DNA of 64,000 bases from an uncultured Bacilli bacterium (GTDB lineage Bacteria; Bacillota_I; Bacilli_A; RF39; UBA660), in assembly GCA_947589495.1 (NCBI GenBank), contig CANQAK010000002.1, forward strand, positions 5,121 to 69,120, in the 5' to 3' direction. Position 1 is the first letter of the stretch, and the number at the start of each line of letters is the position of its first letter. Made by a program: the position numbers and the translations under genes. Shown here in pieces: positions 1 through 10,052 of the stretch. A model generated the notes under the pieces. It made no database searches. It was given only the letters and a program-made list of their open reading frames with translations, and had not been told where the DNA came from.

Positions 1-443
1 AGCAAAGCTCCTAAAGGAATAAATATTAAATATGATAAATCTCCAAAAACACTAGATAAAACACATATTAAGACAAACATAAAAGTAACTGTCTTTTTTT
101 TCATTTTTTTAGTAGTTAATGTAATAGCAGTTTGTAAAAAACCACTTTTATCCATAATACTTATACCCATAAGTAAAATTATTAAATTAGATAAAACACT
201 AAAATTAGCAAAGTTAGATACTGTATTAGTAAATATATATTTTATTCCACTTAAATTAAATAATGACTTGGTAACTTCTGTTACTGGATTTAAATCAAGT
301 GTAATCGCATTAATTTTATAATATGTTGCTTGAGCATCTATTAATTTTAAAAATCCACTTAAAACTATTGTTAAAACAATTAATAAAACATAAGTCATAA
401 GAGGATGAAGAGGTTGTCTAATCCCTTTTTTTACTTTCTTCAT
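1..443 (-). CDS. AbgT-family transporter, N-terminal fragment (gene continues beyond window start)
   Basis: Not in the ORF track because it is truncated. The reverse frame from ATG at 443-441 reads MKKVKKGIRQPLHPLMTYVLLIVLTIVLSG...FTNTVSNFANFSVLSNLIILLMGISIMDKSGFL. It is hydrophobic and resembles the AbgT N-terminus. There is an in-frame TAG just upstream of the ATG. Confidence 0.5.
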   Translation of the reverse strand, partial: MKKVKKGIRQPLHPLMTYVLLIVLTIVLSGFLKLIDAQATYYKINAITLDLNPVTEVTKSLFNLSGIKYIFTNTVSNFANFSVLSNLIILLMGISIMDKSGFLQTAITLTTKKMKKKTVTFMFVLICVLSSVFGDLSYLIFIPLGAL

Positions 444-624
444 TAACTATCACCTTCTTAAGCTTTTTTTGAAATTCTAATCTATCCATCATAATTTCTC
501 TACCACAGTAATTACATTTTATTTTTACATCAACACCAACTCTTGTAATAGTCCATTCATTAGTTCCACAAGCATGACCTTTACGCATAATTACCTTATC
601 TCCAATATTAAATTTTTCCTCCAC
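418..624 (-). CDS. DUF951 family small protein
   Basis: 68 aa with GDKVIMRKGHACGTNEWTITRVGVDVKIKCNYCGREIMMDRLEFQKKLKKV, the typical DUF951 pattern. It sits in the conserved position just downstream of parB. Confidence 0.8.
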   Translation of the reverse strand: MEEKFNIGDKVIMRKGHACGTNEWTITRVGVDVKIKCNYCGREIMMDRLEFQKKLKKVIVNEESKKRD

Positions 625-627
625 TTG

Positions 628-1518
628 TTATTCATCTCCAATTGTTATATTAAAAATTTCCATTATTCTTTCTAAATCTTTTACTGAATCAAAAGTAATT
701 TCTATTTTATTTTTACTTATTTTAACTTTATTACCAATTTTATCACTTATTACATTTTCATAAATATGATATTTTGGTTCTTGTACTTTATTAACAATAG
801 GTTTTCTTTTTACAATTTCTCTATTATTAACTAACTTTTCTAATTCTCTAACATTTAAATTTTCTTTAATAACTTTATTAGCTAATAATTCTATTTGATC
901 TTTATCTTCTAATTTACTTAAAACTCGACCATGAGATTGAGAAATCATTCCTTTTACTAACATATTTTGAATATTATCTGGTAAATTTAAAAGTCCTAAA
1001 AGATTAGTTATATAACTTCTACTTTTTCCAAATTTAGTTGCAAATTCTTCTTGAGTAAAACCTCTTAACTTAATTATATTTAAAACACTTCTTGCTTCAT
1101 CAATAGGATTTAAGTCTTCTCTTTGGATATTTTCAATAAGAGCAATTTCCATCATTTCTTGGTCAGTAAAATCTTTAATTATGGCAGGTATTTCTGTTAG
1201 TCCAGCCATTTTAGATGCTCTTGTTCTTCTTTCACCTGCAATTAATTCATAACCCTTAATACTTTTTTTAACAATTATTGGTTGGACTATCCCATATTCT
1301 TTAATAGAAACTGCTAATTCTTTTAAAGATTCTTCATTAAAAGTATTTCTTGGTTGATAAGGATTACTTCTAATTTCATCTAATTTAATATTAACAACAT
1401 CATTTTTATTTTCCGTAACAATTTCTTTTTCAAAATTATCAAAATCAATTACATTATTGGTAAATAATTGTTCTAATCCCCTACCTAAAGCTTTCTTTTT
1501 AGTTTCCATTTCTTTCAA
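628..1518 (-). CDS. parB: Chromosome partitioning protein ParB/Spo0J (parS-binding type)
   Basis: Contains ALGRGLEQLF, the GERRxRA arginine patch (IAGERRTRASKMAG) and the HTH GKSRSYITNLLGLLNLP...SQSHGRVL. It has Arg at the ParB-type specificity position and lacks the Noc-type Gln/Lys/Lys/Arg set. It follows parA. Confidence 0.9.
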   Translation of the reverse strand: MKEMETKKKALGRGLEQLFTNNVIDFDNFEKEIVTENKNDVVNIKLDEIRSNPYQPRNTFNEESLKELAVSIKEYGIVQPIIVKKSIKGYELIAGERRTRASKMAGLTEIPAIIKDFTDQEMMEIALIENIQREDLNPIDEARSVLNIIKLRGFTQEEFATKFGKSRSYITNLLGLLNLPDNIQNMLVKGMISQSHGRVLSKLEDKDQIELLANKVIKENLNVRELEKLVNNREIVKRKPIVNKVQEPKYHIYENVISDKIGNKVKISKNKIEITFDSVKDLERIMEIFNITIGDE

Positions 1519-2284
1519 TCACTTCCTTTGCTAAATTTTTATAAGCTTCTGTAGCTCTACTAGTTGGATCATATTCATTAATTGGTTTTCCATGTGATGG
1601 AGCTTCTACTAATCTAACTAATCTTGGAATAATGGTATTAAAAACTTTATCTTTAAAATATTTTCTTATTTCCTCTATAACTTCTAAACCTATATTAGTA
1701 CGACCATCTAACATTGTAAGAAGTACTCCTTCAATTCTTAAAGTAGGATTCATACTAGATTGAACCATAATAATTGAATTTAATAATTGAGTTATTCCTT
1801 CAAGAGCAAAAAATTCACATTGAACAGGAATAATTACTGAATCACTTGCTACTAAAGCATTCATTGTACCAAGACCTAATGATGGTTGACAATCAATTAT
1901 TATATAATCAAATATATGTCTAACTTCATTTATTGCTTTTTTTAATTGTTCATTTTGTCTAAAATCTTTTTCTTCTAACATTCTTTTAACAAATTCGACA
2001 TCAACTCCTGCTAAATTTAATGTTGATGGAATAATTGCTAAATTTTCAAATTTTGTTTTTCTAATAGCTTCTTCTATATTGCATTTTTGAGTCATTACTT
2101 CATAAATGTCATGTTCAAAATCATTAGAATTAAGACCTAAACCTGTAGTAGCATTACTTTGAGGATCTAAATCAATTAATAATACTTTTTTCCCCTCTTT
2201 ACCTAATGCTGCTGCTAAATTTATGCTTGTAGTAGTTTTACCAACACCACCTTTTTGATTAACTAATGAAATAACTTTAGCCAT
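1499..2284 (-). CDS. parA: ParA/Soj partition ATPase
   Basis: Deviant Walker A motif NQKGGVGKTTTSINLAAAL, and full-length ParA similarity. Confidence 0.93.
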   Translation of the reverse strand: MAKVISLVNQKGGVGKTTTSINLAAALGKEGKKVLLIDLDPQSNATTGLGLNSNDFEHDIYEVMTQKCNIEEAIRKTKFENLAIIPSTLNLAGVDVEFVKRMLEEKDFRQNEQLKKAINEVRHIFDYIIIDCQPSLGLGTMNALVASDSVIIPVQCEFFALEGITQLLNSIIMVQSSMNPTLRIEGVLLTMLDGRTNIGLEVIEEIRKYFKDKVFNTIIPRLVRLVEAPSHGKPINEYDPTSRATEAYKNLAKEVIERNGN

Positions 2285-2378
2285 AACACACCTCTTAAAT
2301 TTTATTTTTCACGTAATAATATTTTAACATATAAATAAAATTTAAGATATAGAAAAGTCATAATTTCTGAAAGAAAAA

Positions 2379-2400
2379 AGACTACCGAAGGTAGTCAAAT
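2379..2400 (-). terminator. Rho-independent terminator after the 2429..2950 gene
   Basis: Minus strand reads GACTACC-TTCG-GGTAGTC followed by a T-run. Confidence 0.65.
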
Positions 2401-2428
2401 TTTATTTATTATTTTAATTTAGTTTATA

Positions 2429-2950
2429 TTAATAATCTGATTCACCACAATCTGTTTCATTTTCTGCTATAAAATTATAATTTACTTCATAGTCATCTTG
2501 AGACTTAGGAATTGGTATTAAATTAGTTTCATAATAATCATCACATTCTTCACATACTGCAATATAATTTACTTTTAATTCAATAGTTTTATCATCTTTA
2601 ACTTCTACATTAAAACCATTAATTTTTTCACCACAACTAGATAAAAGTAATGCTGATATAATATAAGAATTATTATCAAAATCAGATTTTTTTAATTTAT
2701 CTTCTATTTTAAATTTTTTTATAAATTCTGAATATTCATCATATGTTTTTAAAATTTTTCTATCATAATTAAATAACATATCATTACCATCTTCATTAGA
2801 AAGTTTTATATTATTATAATTAACTACATTAGTTATAAAATTACTTTCACTACGTTTAAAAAAGTATCTTACTCCAAATATTATTGCTACTATAACTAAT
2901 ACAATAATAACTCCTATTACAATTTTAAATATTAAAGATTTATTCTTCAT
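2429..2950 (-). CDS. Hypothetical membrane-anchored protein (N-terminal TM, Cys-containing ectodomain)
   Basis: 173-aa ORF with a hydrophobic N-terminus IFKIVIGVIIVLVIVAIIFGV. I recognise no family. Confidence 0.5.
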   Translation of the reverse strand: MKNKSLIFKIVIGVIIVLVIVAIIFGVRYFFKRSESNFITNVVNYNNIKLSNEDGNDMLFNYDRKILKTYDEYSEFIKKFKIEDKLKKSDFDNNSYIISALLLSSCGEKINGFNVEVKDDKTIELKVNYIAVCEECDDYYETNLIPIPKSQDDYEVNYNFIAENETDCGESDY

Positions 2951-2992
2951 AATATCACCCTTTATCTTAATTTGATTTTATCATACTTATAA

Positions 2993-3021
2993 AAAAAAAG
3001 AAATGATTTTTTATTCATTTC
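2993..3021 (-). terminator. Terminator of the alpha operon after rplQ
   Basis: Minus strand reads AAGAAATGA-loop-TCATTTCTT followed by a T-run. Confidence 0.6.
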
Positions 3022-3363
3022 TTAAACTAATTCAATTTTAACTTCTAAAGCATCATCACCGCGACGTTCAGCTATTTTAATTAATCTTGTATAACCACCA
3101 TTACGGTTTTCATATCTTTTAGCAAGTTCATTAAATATTTTATTTGTGACATCTTTATCATTATGTAAGAAAGCTAAAGCTTTTCTTCTGGCTACTAAAG
3201 TACCTTTTTTTCCATAAGTAATCATTTTATCAACAAATTTTCTAACTTCTTTTGCTCTTGCTTCAGTAGTTACAACTGATTCATGCATAATAACATCTTT
3301 AGTAAGTCCTGCTAAAATGCTTCTTCTAATTCTTGTTTCTCTTCCTAATTTTCTATATGCCAT
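3022..3363 (-). CDS. rplQ: 50S ribosomal protein L17
   Basis: MAYRKLGRETRIRRSIL...; L17 family; follows rpoA. Confidence 0.95.
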   Translation of the reverse strand: MAYRKLGRETRIRRSILAGLTKDVIMHESVVTTEARAKEVRKFVDKMITYGKKGTLVARRKALAFLHNDKDVTNKIFNELAKRYENRNGGYTRLIKIAERRGDDALEVKIELV

Positions 3364-3369
3364 AATTTT

Positions 3370-4317
3370 TTACTCCTTAAATGTAAGTCCTAAGTCTGCT
3401 ACTTTATCAAGAACTTCTTTAAGACTCTTCTTTCCTAAGTTTCTAATTTTTGTTACTTCAACTTCTCTTTTATCAACTAAATCTTGAACAGTATGAATTC
3501 CTGCTCTTTTTAAGCAATTATATGCTCTTACACTGAACTCAACTTCTTCAATTGGAGTTTCAAGTGTTTTAGTAATTGTATCAACTTTCTTTTCTTGCAT
3601 TAATCCAGAAAAATCACTAATAGAGTTTAAATCTGCTACTATGTTGAAATGTTCAACTAATATTTTAGCAGCTAATGCTAATGCTTCTTCTGGAGTCATA
3701 CTTCCATTTGTAGATACTTCCATTATTAATTTATCATAATTTTCATTTTGACCAACACGAGTATCAACTACTTCGTATTTAACAAGTTCAATTGGTGAAT
3801 AAGAAGAATCTATTGCAATAGTACCAACTTTTGCATCATCAAGTCTTTTCTTATTTTCTTTAGCATCAACATATCCACGACCATTTTCAACAGTCATTTC
3901 TATATCGATTTTACCACCACTTACAAGTGTACAAATTACTAAATCTTCATTTATAATTTCTACATCAGCGTCATGTTCAATCATTCCTGCTGTAACAGGA
4001 CCTTCTGTATCACAATATAGTCTAATTGTTTGTGCATCATTTGAATGATTTTTAACTACTAAATCTTTAATTGCAAGAACAATAGCAGTTACATCTTCTA
4101 CTACACCTTCAATTTTTTGAAATTCATGTAATACACCATCAATTTTGATGCTTGTAACAGCACTTCCTGGTAAGCTAGATAGTAATACTCTTCTTAAAGC
4201 ATTACCAATAGTAGTTCCAAAGCCTCTTTCTAATGGTTCAATTTCAAATTTTCCAAAATGATTGCTTTCTTGATATTCAGTAATCTTGTATTCAGGTTTT
4301 TCAAATTTTATCATCAT
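3370..4317 (-). CDS. rpoA: DNA-directed RNA polymerase alpha subunit
   Basis: 315 aa with FEIEPLERGFGTTIGNALRRVLLSSLPG and a C-terminal domain containing SVRAYNCLKRAGI. Confidence 0.96.
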   Translation of the reverse strand: MMIKFEKPEYKITEYQESNHFGKFEIEPLERGFGTTIGNALRRVLLSSLPGSAVTSIKIDGVLHEFQKIEGVVEDVTAIVLAIKDLVVKNHSNDAQTIRLYCDTEGPVTAGMIEHDADVEIINEDLVICTLVSGGKIDIEMTVENGRGYVDAKENKKRLDDAKVGTIAIDSSYSPIELVKYEVVDTRVGQNENYDKLIMEVSTNGSMTPEEALALAAKILVEHFNIVADLNSISDFSGLMQEKKVDTITKTLETPIEEVEFSVRAYNCLKRAGIHTVQDLVDKREVEVTKIRNLGKKSLKEVLDKVADLGLTFKE

Positions 4318-4337
4318 ACAATATTCCTTTCTAATCT

Positions 4338-4721
4338 TTAGTTTCTAGGTCTTTTAGGTGGACGACAACCGTTGTGAGGTACAGGTGTTTCATCAATAAT
4401 ACTTGTAACTTCTAATCCTGCCCCTTGTAATGCTCTTATAGCATTTTCTCTTCCTGGTCCTAAACCTTTAACATAAACTTCAACTTTTTTAACACCTTGT
4501 TCAATTGCAGCTTGTGCTGCTGCTTCTGCTGTAAGACCTGCAGCATATGGAGTTTTCTTTTTACTTCCTAAATAACCAATTCTTCCAGCACTAGACCAAC
4601 TAATTGCATTTCCATCTTTATCTGAAATAGTAACAATTGTGTTATTATATGTTGAATGAATGTGTGCTAATGCTTCTGGAATATTTTTCTTTACTTTTCT
4701 TTTTCTTCTATTATATGCCAT
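4338..4721 (-). CDS. rpsK: 30S ribosomal protein S11
   Basis: [15 protein letters not shown]...[12 protein letters not shown], typical of S11. Confidence 0.96.
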   Translation of the reverse strand: MAYNRRKRKVKKNIPEALAHIHSTYNNTIVTISDKDGNAISWSSAGRIGYLGSKKKTPYAAGLTAEAAAQAAIEQGVKKVEVYVKGLGPGRENAIRALQGAGLEVTSIIDETPVPHNGCRPPKRPRN

Positions 4722-4730
4722 TCAAATTAC

Positions 4731-5105
4731 CTACTTTCCAGCCTTTTTCTTGTTAGCTACAACTTTACCTTTACCTTTACGAGTTTTTGCATTTCTACTA
4801 GTTCTTTGTCCTCTTACTGGTAAACCTTTTTTGTGTCTAACTCCTTCATAGCAATTAATTTCCATTTTATTTTTAATGCTCATTTGAACATCTCTACGTA
4901 AATCTCCTTCAACAACATATTTGTCTACTTCTTTACGTAACGCACTAACTTCATCCTCAGTTAAATCTTTAATTTTTTTACTTGCTTCTACTCCTGCATC
5001 TTGACAAATAGTTTTTGCAAGTGGACGACCAATTCCATATATTGCAGTAAGTCCTATACAAGTATGTTTTTCTCCTGGTAAATCAATATTTTTAATTCTT
5101 GCCAT
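4731..5105 (-). CDS. rpsM: 30S ribosomal protein S13
   Basis: [14 protein letters not shown]...GLPVRGQRT. Confidence 0.96.
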   Translation of the reverse strand: MARIKNIDLPGEKHTCIGLTAIYGIGRPLAKTICQDAGVEASKKIKDLTEDEVSALRKEVDKYVVEGDLRRDVQMSIKNKMEINCYEGVRHKKGLPVRGQRTSRNAKTRKGKGKVVANKKKAGK

Positions 5106-5115
5106 TTATATCCTC

Positions 5116-5229
5116 CTAACCTTGTACTTGCTTATGTTTAGGATTATCACAGATAACCATAACTTTGCCTTTTCTTCTTATTATTTTACATTTTTTACAA
5201 ATCTTTTTTACTGATGGTCTAACTTTCAT
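5116..5229 (-). CDS. rpmJ: 50S ribosomal protein L36
   Basis: Below the ORF-track size cutoff. Hand translation gives [37 protein letters not shown] (37 aa). It lies between infA and rpsM, as expected. Confidence 0.9.
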   Translation of the reverse strand: MKVRPSVKKICKKCKIIRRKGKVMVICDNPKHKQVQG

Positions 5230-5241
5230 AAATTCCCTCCA

Positions 5242-5511
5242 TTATCTTTTATTCCATGTAATTATCCCACGTGTTAAATCATAAGGCGTTAATTGTACTG
5301 TAACTTTATCACCTGGTAAAACATGTATCATATTAATGCGCATTTTACCAGAAACGTAGGCTTTTACAGTATGGCCATTGGGAAGTTCTACTAAGTAATC
5401 TGAACCCTTCAAAACTTCAATGACTTTGCCTTCTACTTCAATTTTATCATTTTTAGATTCTGCTAAGTTTTTCTTTTTTTCATCTTTTTTGGATTCTGCC
5501 AAATTTCTCAC
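5242..5511 (-). CDS. infA: Translation initiation factor IF-1 with a short repeated N-terminal extension
   Basis: The core IEVEGKVIEVLKGSDYLVELPNGHTVKAYVSGKMRINMIHVLPGDKVTVQLTPYDLTRGIITWNKR is the IF-1 S1 fold. The true start is uncertain: GTG at 5511 abuts the RBS, and TTG at 5502 is better spaced. Confidence 0.9.
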   Translation of the reverse strand: MRNLAESKKDEKKKNLAESKNDKIEVEGKVIEVLKGSDYLVELPNGHTVKAYVSGKMRINMIHVLPGDKVTVQLTPYDLTRGIITWNKR

Positions 5512-5519
5512 TCTCCTAT

Positions 5520-6272
5520 TTAAGCGACTTCATCGCCAGTTAATATAACATATCCATCTTTTGTTACTAATACTGTATGTTCAAAATGGGCACTAGGTAG
5601 TCCATCTTCTGTTTTAATTGTCCAATCATCAGTTTCCATATAAATATGTCTACTTCCAAGATTCAACATTGGTTCTACTGCTATTACCATTCCACTTTTC
5701 AATCTCGTGCAATCTTTTGTATAATAATTTGGAACATCAGGATCTTCATGGACACTAGTGCCTACACCATGTCCAACAAGTTCTCTAACTACTCCTAAAT
5801 TATTTTTGGTGGCATAATCTTCGATCTTTTTACCAATCTCGTTTATTTTAACACCATCTTTGATTACACTAAGTCCTTCGTATAAAGCTTTTTTAGTATT
5901 TTCTACTAAACCTTCTACTTCTTTACTAGCATGACCTACAATATATGTATTAGCGGAATCTGAATGATATCCTTTATACATAACGCCAATATCAATAGAT
6001 ACAACATCTCCTTCTTTTATTTTTCTTCTTGAAGGAATGCCATGTACTACTTCATCATTGACGGAAATACAGATACTTGCTGGGTAACCTTCAAATCCTA
6101 AAAAGGACGGTTCCGCATCATGAGCTAAAATAAATTTATGAGCTATATTATTTAACTCTTTAGTAGTTATACCAGGGTGAATATTTTTAGCTACTTCTTG
6201 ATGAGTTAAATAATTTATATACCCAGCATGTTTCATTAATTCAATTTCTCTATTACTTTTTATACTTATCAT
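5520..6272 (-). CDS. map: Type I methionine aminopeptidase
   Basis: Metal ligands lie in ...GDVVSIDIGV...HGVG...VIAVEPM...HFEHTV. Confidence 0.94.
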   Translation of the reverse strand: MISIKSNREIELMKHAGYINYLTHQEVAKNIHPGITTKELNNIAHKFILAHDAEPSFLGFEGYPASICISVNDEVVHGIPSRRKIKEGDVVSIDIGVMYKGYHSDSANTYIVGHASKEVEGLVENTKKALYEGLSVIKDGVKINEIGKKIEDYATKNNLGVVRELVGHGVGTSVHEDPDVPNYYTKDCTRLKSGMVIAVEPMLNLGSRHIYMETDDWTIKTEDGLPSAHFEHTVLVTKDGYVILTGDEVA

Positions 6273-6907
6273 TTTAAAATTTCCTTAATTTCATCTGCAA
6301 TTATTTTATAATCTTTACTTGCATCTATAATATGTAATTTTCCTTCATTTTTATAAAACTCAATTATTGGTTCAATATTGGTAACAAATGTATTAAAACG
6401 AGTTTTAAATGACTCTTCATTATCATCATCTCTTTTAACAAGTTCACTACCACATATATCACATATATTTTCAACTTTAGGTTTTAAATTTTCATAATTA
6501 ATATTATATGATGCACCACATTTACAAGTAAGACGACCAAGTGTTCTTTTTAAAGCTTCCTCGAGTCCTAGTGAAAGATAAATTACTTCATAATTATTAA
6601 TATTTAATTCTTTAAATAATTTATCTAATAATTGAACTTGATTAATTGTTCTTGGAAAACCATCTAATATAAATGGTTTAGTATTATTTTTTAATTCTTG
6701 GTTAATTAATTCAAAAACTATTTCATCACTAACTAAAGAACCACTAGCCATAAGAGATTTAATATTTAAACCTAATTTGCTACCTTTATTTATTTCGCAT
6801 CGAAGCATATCTCCAGCTGAAATATGTTTATAACCAAGCTCAATTAATCTTTGACTTTGTGTCCCCTTACCAGAGGCTGGAGGAGCAATAAAAATTACAC
6901 TTTTCAT
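6269..6907 (-). CDS. adk: Adenylate kinase (zinc-lid type)
   Basis: P-loop APPASGKGTQ. The lid has CKCG...CDICG. Confidence 0.94.
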   Translation of the reverse strand: MKSVIFIAPPASGKGTQSQRLIELGYKHISAGDMLRCEINKGSKLGLNIKSLMASGSLVSDEIVFELINQELKNNTKPFILDGFPRTINQVQLLDKLFKELNINNYEVIYLSLGLEEALKRTLGRLTCKCGASYNINYENLKPKVENICDICGSELVKRDDDNEESFKTRFNTFVTNIEPIIEFYKNEGKLHIIDASKDYKIIADEIKEILK

Positions 6908-8170
6908 CTATCTTATCCTTCTTCTTTTTTCTTTATAACTTCTAGCAAGTAAACTACTTTCTAATTGCTTATATGTTTCAATAGCAACACCTACAACGAT
7001 TAATAAACCTGTTCCTCCAATTGATACTGTATTTGGAAGAGAAGTAAATTTTGTAATTAATACTGGTAATATTGCTATAATCGCTAAGAAAATACTACCT
7101 ACTATGGTAAGTCTACTTATAGACTTACTAATATATTTAGAAGTATCATTTCCTGGTCTAATACCTGGAATGTAACCTCCTCTTTCATTTAAATTCTTAC
7201 TCATTTCTTCTGGATTCATCATCATAAATGTATAAAAATATCCGAAGAAAAATATCATTAAAATATATAATATAATTCCTGTATTTGAAGAATATACAAT
7301 ATATTTATTTATAAATTCAATTGCTTTTTCATTTTTAAATAAAGCAAATATCGTTGATGGTACAGTAAGTATTATTTGGGCAAATATTACTGGTATAACA
7401 CCTGCTGAATTTATTTTAATAGGTAAATAACTTTGTTCAGCACCATAAGCACTTGTAGTTCTATTTGAATATTGAATAGGTATTCTTCTTTCTGCTAATT
7501 GAATATAAATAATACCAATTAGAACTAATAAGTAAACAAGAATAAATATTATAAATAATATTATACCTACACTTAACTCATAAGTACCATTAATAAATGC
7601 ATTATATGCTCCAGTAAAAACACTTCTCATACTTAACATGATACCAGCCATAATTATCATAGATGAACCATTACCAATACCCTTTTTAGTAATTTGATCA
7701 CCTAACCATAAACAGAATGATGTACCTGCAGTCATAACTAATGCTGTTTTTAATATTTCTAAAGTATCAAAACTTTTTATATAGAAAATACATAAAGCAT
7801 AAGCTTGAATAAATGCAAATACAATTGCTAAATATCTAGTTATTTTATTAATCTTTTGTCTACCAACATAACCTTGATCTTTTAATTCTTTAAAGTATGG
7901 AATAATATCCATTTGTAAAAGTTGAGTTATAATTGATGCTGTAATATATGGTGATACCCCTAGAGCAAATATGGAAAGATTTTGAAGTCCTCCACCACTC
8001 ATCAAATTGAAAATCTCTAAAAATCCAAGATTATCAATAGTATTTGAGGCCCAAGGTACCATAACAGTTGTTCCCATACAGAACAAACCTAAACAGAGTA
8101 ATGTAAAATATATTCTTTTTCTTATATCTTTATTAGCTTTGCTAAAAAGTTGGGAAAACCCATGAAACAT
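6908..8170 (-). CDS. secY: Preprotein translocase SecY
   Basis: 420-aa polytopic membrane protein in the spc operon position between rplO and adk. Confidence 0.95.
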   Translation of the reverse strand: MFHGFSQLFSKANKDIRKRIYFTLLCLGLFCMGTTVMVPWASNTIDNLGFLEIFNLMSGGGLQNLSIFALGVSPYITASIITQLLQMDIIPYFKELKDQGYVGRQKINKITRYLAIVFAFIQAYALCIFYIKSFDTLEILKTALVMTAGTSFCLWLGDQITKKGIGNGSSMIIMAGIMLSMRSVFTGAYNAFINGTYELSVGIILFIIFILVYLLVLIGIIYIQLAERRIPIQYSNRTTSAYGAEQSYLPIKINSAGVIPVIFAQIILTVPSTIFALFKNEKAIEFINKYIVYSSNTGIILYILMIFFFGYFYTFMMMNPEEMSKNLNERGGYIPGIRPGNDTSKYISKSISRLTIVGSIFLAIIAILPVLITKFTSLPNTVSIGGTGLLIVVGVAIETYKQLESSLLARSYKEKRRRIR

Positions 8171-8614
8171 CTAAATCACCTCAGCTTTACCGCCGGCTTC
8201 TTCTATTTTAGTTACCGCCTTTGAAGAGAATCTATGTGCTTTAATTGTTAATTTTTTATCTAAAGTACCATTTCCTAATACTTTAATACCACATAATTGA
8301 TTCTTAATTATTCCTCTTTCTTTTAATACTTCAGGTGTTACAACATCACCATCTTTAAAAAATTTATTTAAATCATCTAAATTAATTGTAGCAAATTCGA
8401 TTCTAAATCTTTTATTATTAAATCCTCTTTTTGGAATTCTTCTATATAATGGAGATTGTCCACCTTGGAACCATGCTGGAATTGATGCACCACTTCTCGC
8501 TTTTTGACCTTTTTCACCACGAGTTGAAGTTTTACCCATACCAGAACCTGGTCCTCTACCTACTCTTTTTATTCCTTTTGTTTCTTTAGATTTTGGTAAA
8601 TTTTCTAGTTTCAT
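8171..8614 (-). CDS. rplO: 50S ribosomal protein L15
   Basis: KRVGRGPGSGMGKTSTRGEKGQKARSG. Confidence 0.96.
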   Translation of the reverse strand: MKLENLPKSKETKGIKRVGRGPGSGMGKTSTRGEKGQKARSGASIPAWFQGGQSPLYRRIPKRGFNNKRFRIEFATINLDDLNKFFKDGDVVTPEVLKERGIIKNQLCGIKVLGNGTLDKKLTIKAHRFSSKAVTKIEEAGGKAEVI

Positions 8615-9132
8615 TATAATTCCTCCACCTTTTTGCCACGAAGTTCAGCAATATGTTCTGGTGTTCTTTGAGCTTGTAAACCTTTTAAAGTAGCTTTAGC
8701 AACATTGATTTGGGTATTTGCTCCTAAACTTTTAGCAACAATATCTTTAACACCAGCAAGTTCTAAAACAGCTCTAGCTGCTCCACCAGCAATTATTCCG
8801 CGACCTTCTTTAGCAGGTTTAATAAGTACAACACTTCTACCTACTTTACCAATCTCTTCATGAGGGATTGTTCTGTTATCAATTAAAGATATTCTTATAA
8901 CGTTTTTATTAGCTGCTTGAATTGCTTTTTTAATAGCTTCAGAAACTTCATTAGCTTTACCAGTTCCTATACCAACAAGACCTTTTCTGTTTCCAACAGC
9001 AACATCAGCTTTAAAACGAAAATGTCTTCCTCCTTTAGTAACTTTTGTTACTTTAGAGATTGATATAACTTTTTCTTCTAATAAATTCTTTCTTGAATCA
9101 TTATTTTTTCTTGTTACGTTCTTTTTGTCCAT
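8614..9132 (-). CDS. rpsE: 30S ribosomal protein S5
   Basis: [30 protein letters not shown]. It abuts rplO directly, with no rpmD between them. Confidence 0.96.
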   Translation of the reverse strand: MDKKNVTRKNNDSRKNLLEEKVISISKVTKVTKGGRHFRFKADVAVGNRKGLVGIGTGKANEVSEAIKKAIQAANKNVIRISLIDNRTIPHEEIGKVGRSVVLIKPAKEGRGIIAGGAARAVLELAGVKDIVAKSLGANTQINVAKATLKGLQAQRTPEHIAELRGKKVEEL

Positions 9133-9141
9133 ACGTCCTCC

Positions 9142-9498
9142 TTATATCTCTAATCCTGCTTCTCTAGCAGCATCTGCTAGGGCACTTACACGACCATGAT
9201 ATAAGTAACCACCACGGTCAAAAACAACTTTATTAATTTTTGCTTTTTTGCATTTTTCAGCAATATCTTTTCCTACTTTTTGAGCAGCAGCAATATTTCC
9301 ACCGTTTTCTAATTTAAGAGAACGACTTGAGGAACTTACAAGAGTTACGCCTTTTTCATCGTCAATAACTTGAGCATATATTTCATTGTTTGAACGAAAC
9401 ACATTAAGTCTAGGCAAAACGCTTGTACCACTGATATTTTTTCTAATTCTTTTATGTCTTATTTGACGAAGACTATTTCTTGATTCTTTTTTTATCAT
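9142..9498 (-). CDS. rplR: 50S ribosomal protein L18
   Basis: [18 protein letters not shown]...[12 protein letters not shown]. Confidence 0.96.
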   Translation of the reverse strand: MIKKESRNSLRQIRHKRIRKNISGTSVLPRLNVFRSNNEIYAQVIDDEKGVTLVSSSSRSLKLENGGNIAAAQKVGKDIAEKCKKAKINKVVFDRGGYLYHGRVSALADAAREAGLEI

Positions 9499-9509
9499 AC
9501 TTTACCTCC

Positions 9510-10046
9510 TTATGCCGCTTTCTTTCCTTCTTTACGACGAACAACTTCGCCTTTATAACGAATACCTTTTCCTTTATATGGTTCAGGTTCTCTTATTTTT
9601 CTAACATTAGCAGCAAATTCTGCTACTTTTTGTTTATCAATTCCTTTAATAGTAATTTCTGTATTACTTACAAGTTCAGCACTTAATCCTTCTGGAATTA
9701 TTACTTCAACTGGATGTGAATAACCAGCATTTACTACTATTTTATTTCCTTGAACATTGAAACGATATCCAACACCAACTGCTTCTAGGCCTTTTTCAAA
9801 ACCAGTAGAAACACCATAAATCATACTTTTAATTAATGAATTAGTAGTTCCTTGCATCATATTGGCCATTTTAGATGGTTTTTTTTGAGTTGTTTTTAAT
9901 GTATTATCTTCAACAACTACTGAAATTAAAGGATTAACATCTATTTTTAATTCACCTTTATTTCCTTTAATAGTAACAGTACTATTTTCAATATTAACTG
10001 TTACTCCTTCAGGAATAGTTAATTTTCTTTCTCCAATTCTACTCAT
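9510..10046 (-). CDS. rplF: 50S ribosomal protein L6
   Basis: MSRIGERKLTIPEGVTV...EPYKGKGIRY. Confidence 0.96.
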   Translation of the reverse strand: MSRIGERKLTIPEGVTVNIENSTVTIKGNKGELKIDVNPLISVVVEDNTLKTTQKKPSKMANMMQGTTNSLIKSMIYGVSTGFEKGLEAVGVGYRFNVQGNKIVVNAGYSHPVEVIIPEGLSAELVSNTEITIKGIDKQKVAEFAANVRKIREPEPYKGKGIRYKGEVVRRKEGKKAA

Positions 10047-10052
10047 AATTAC

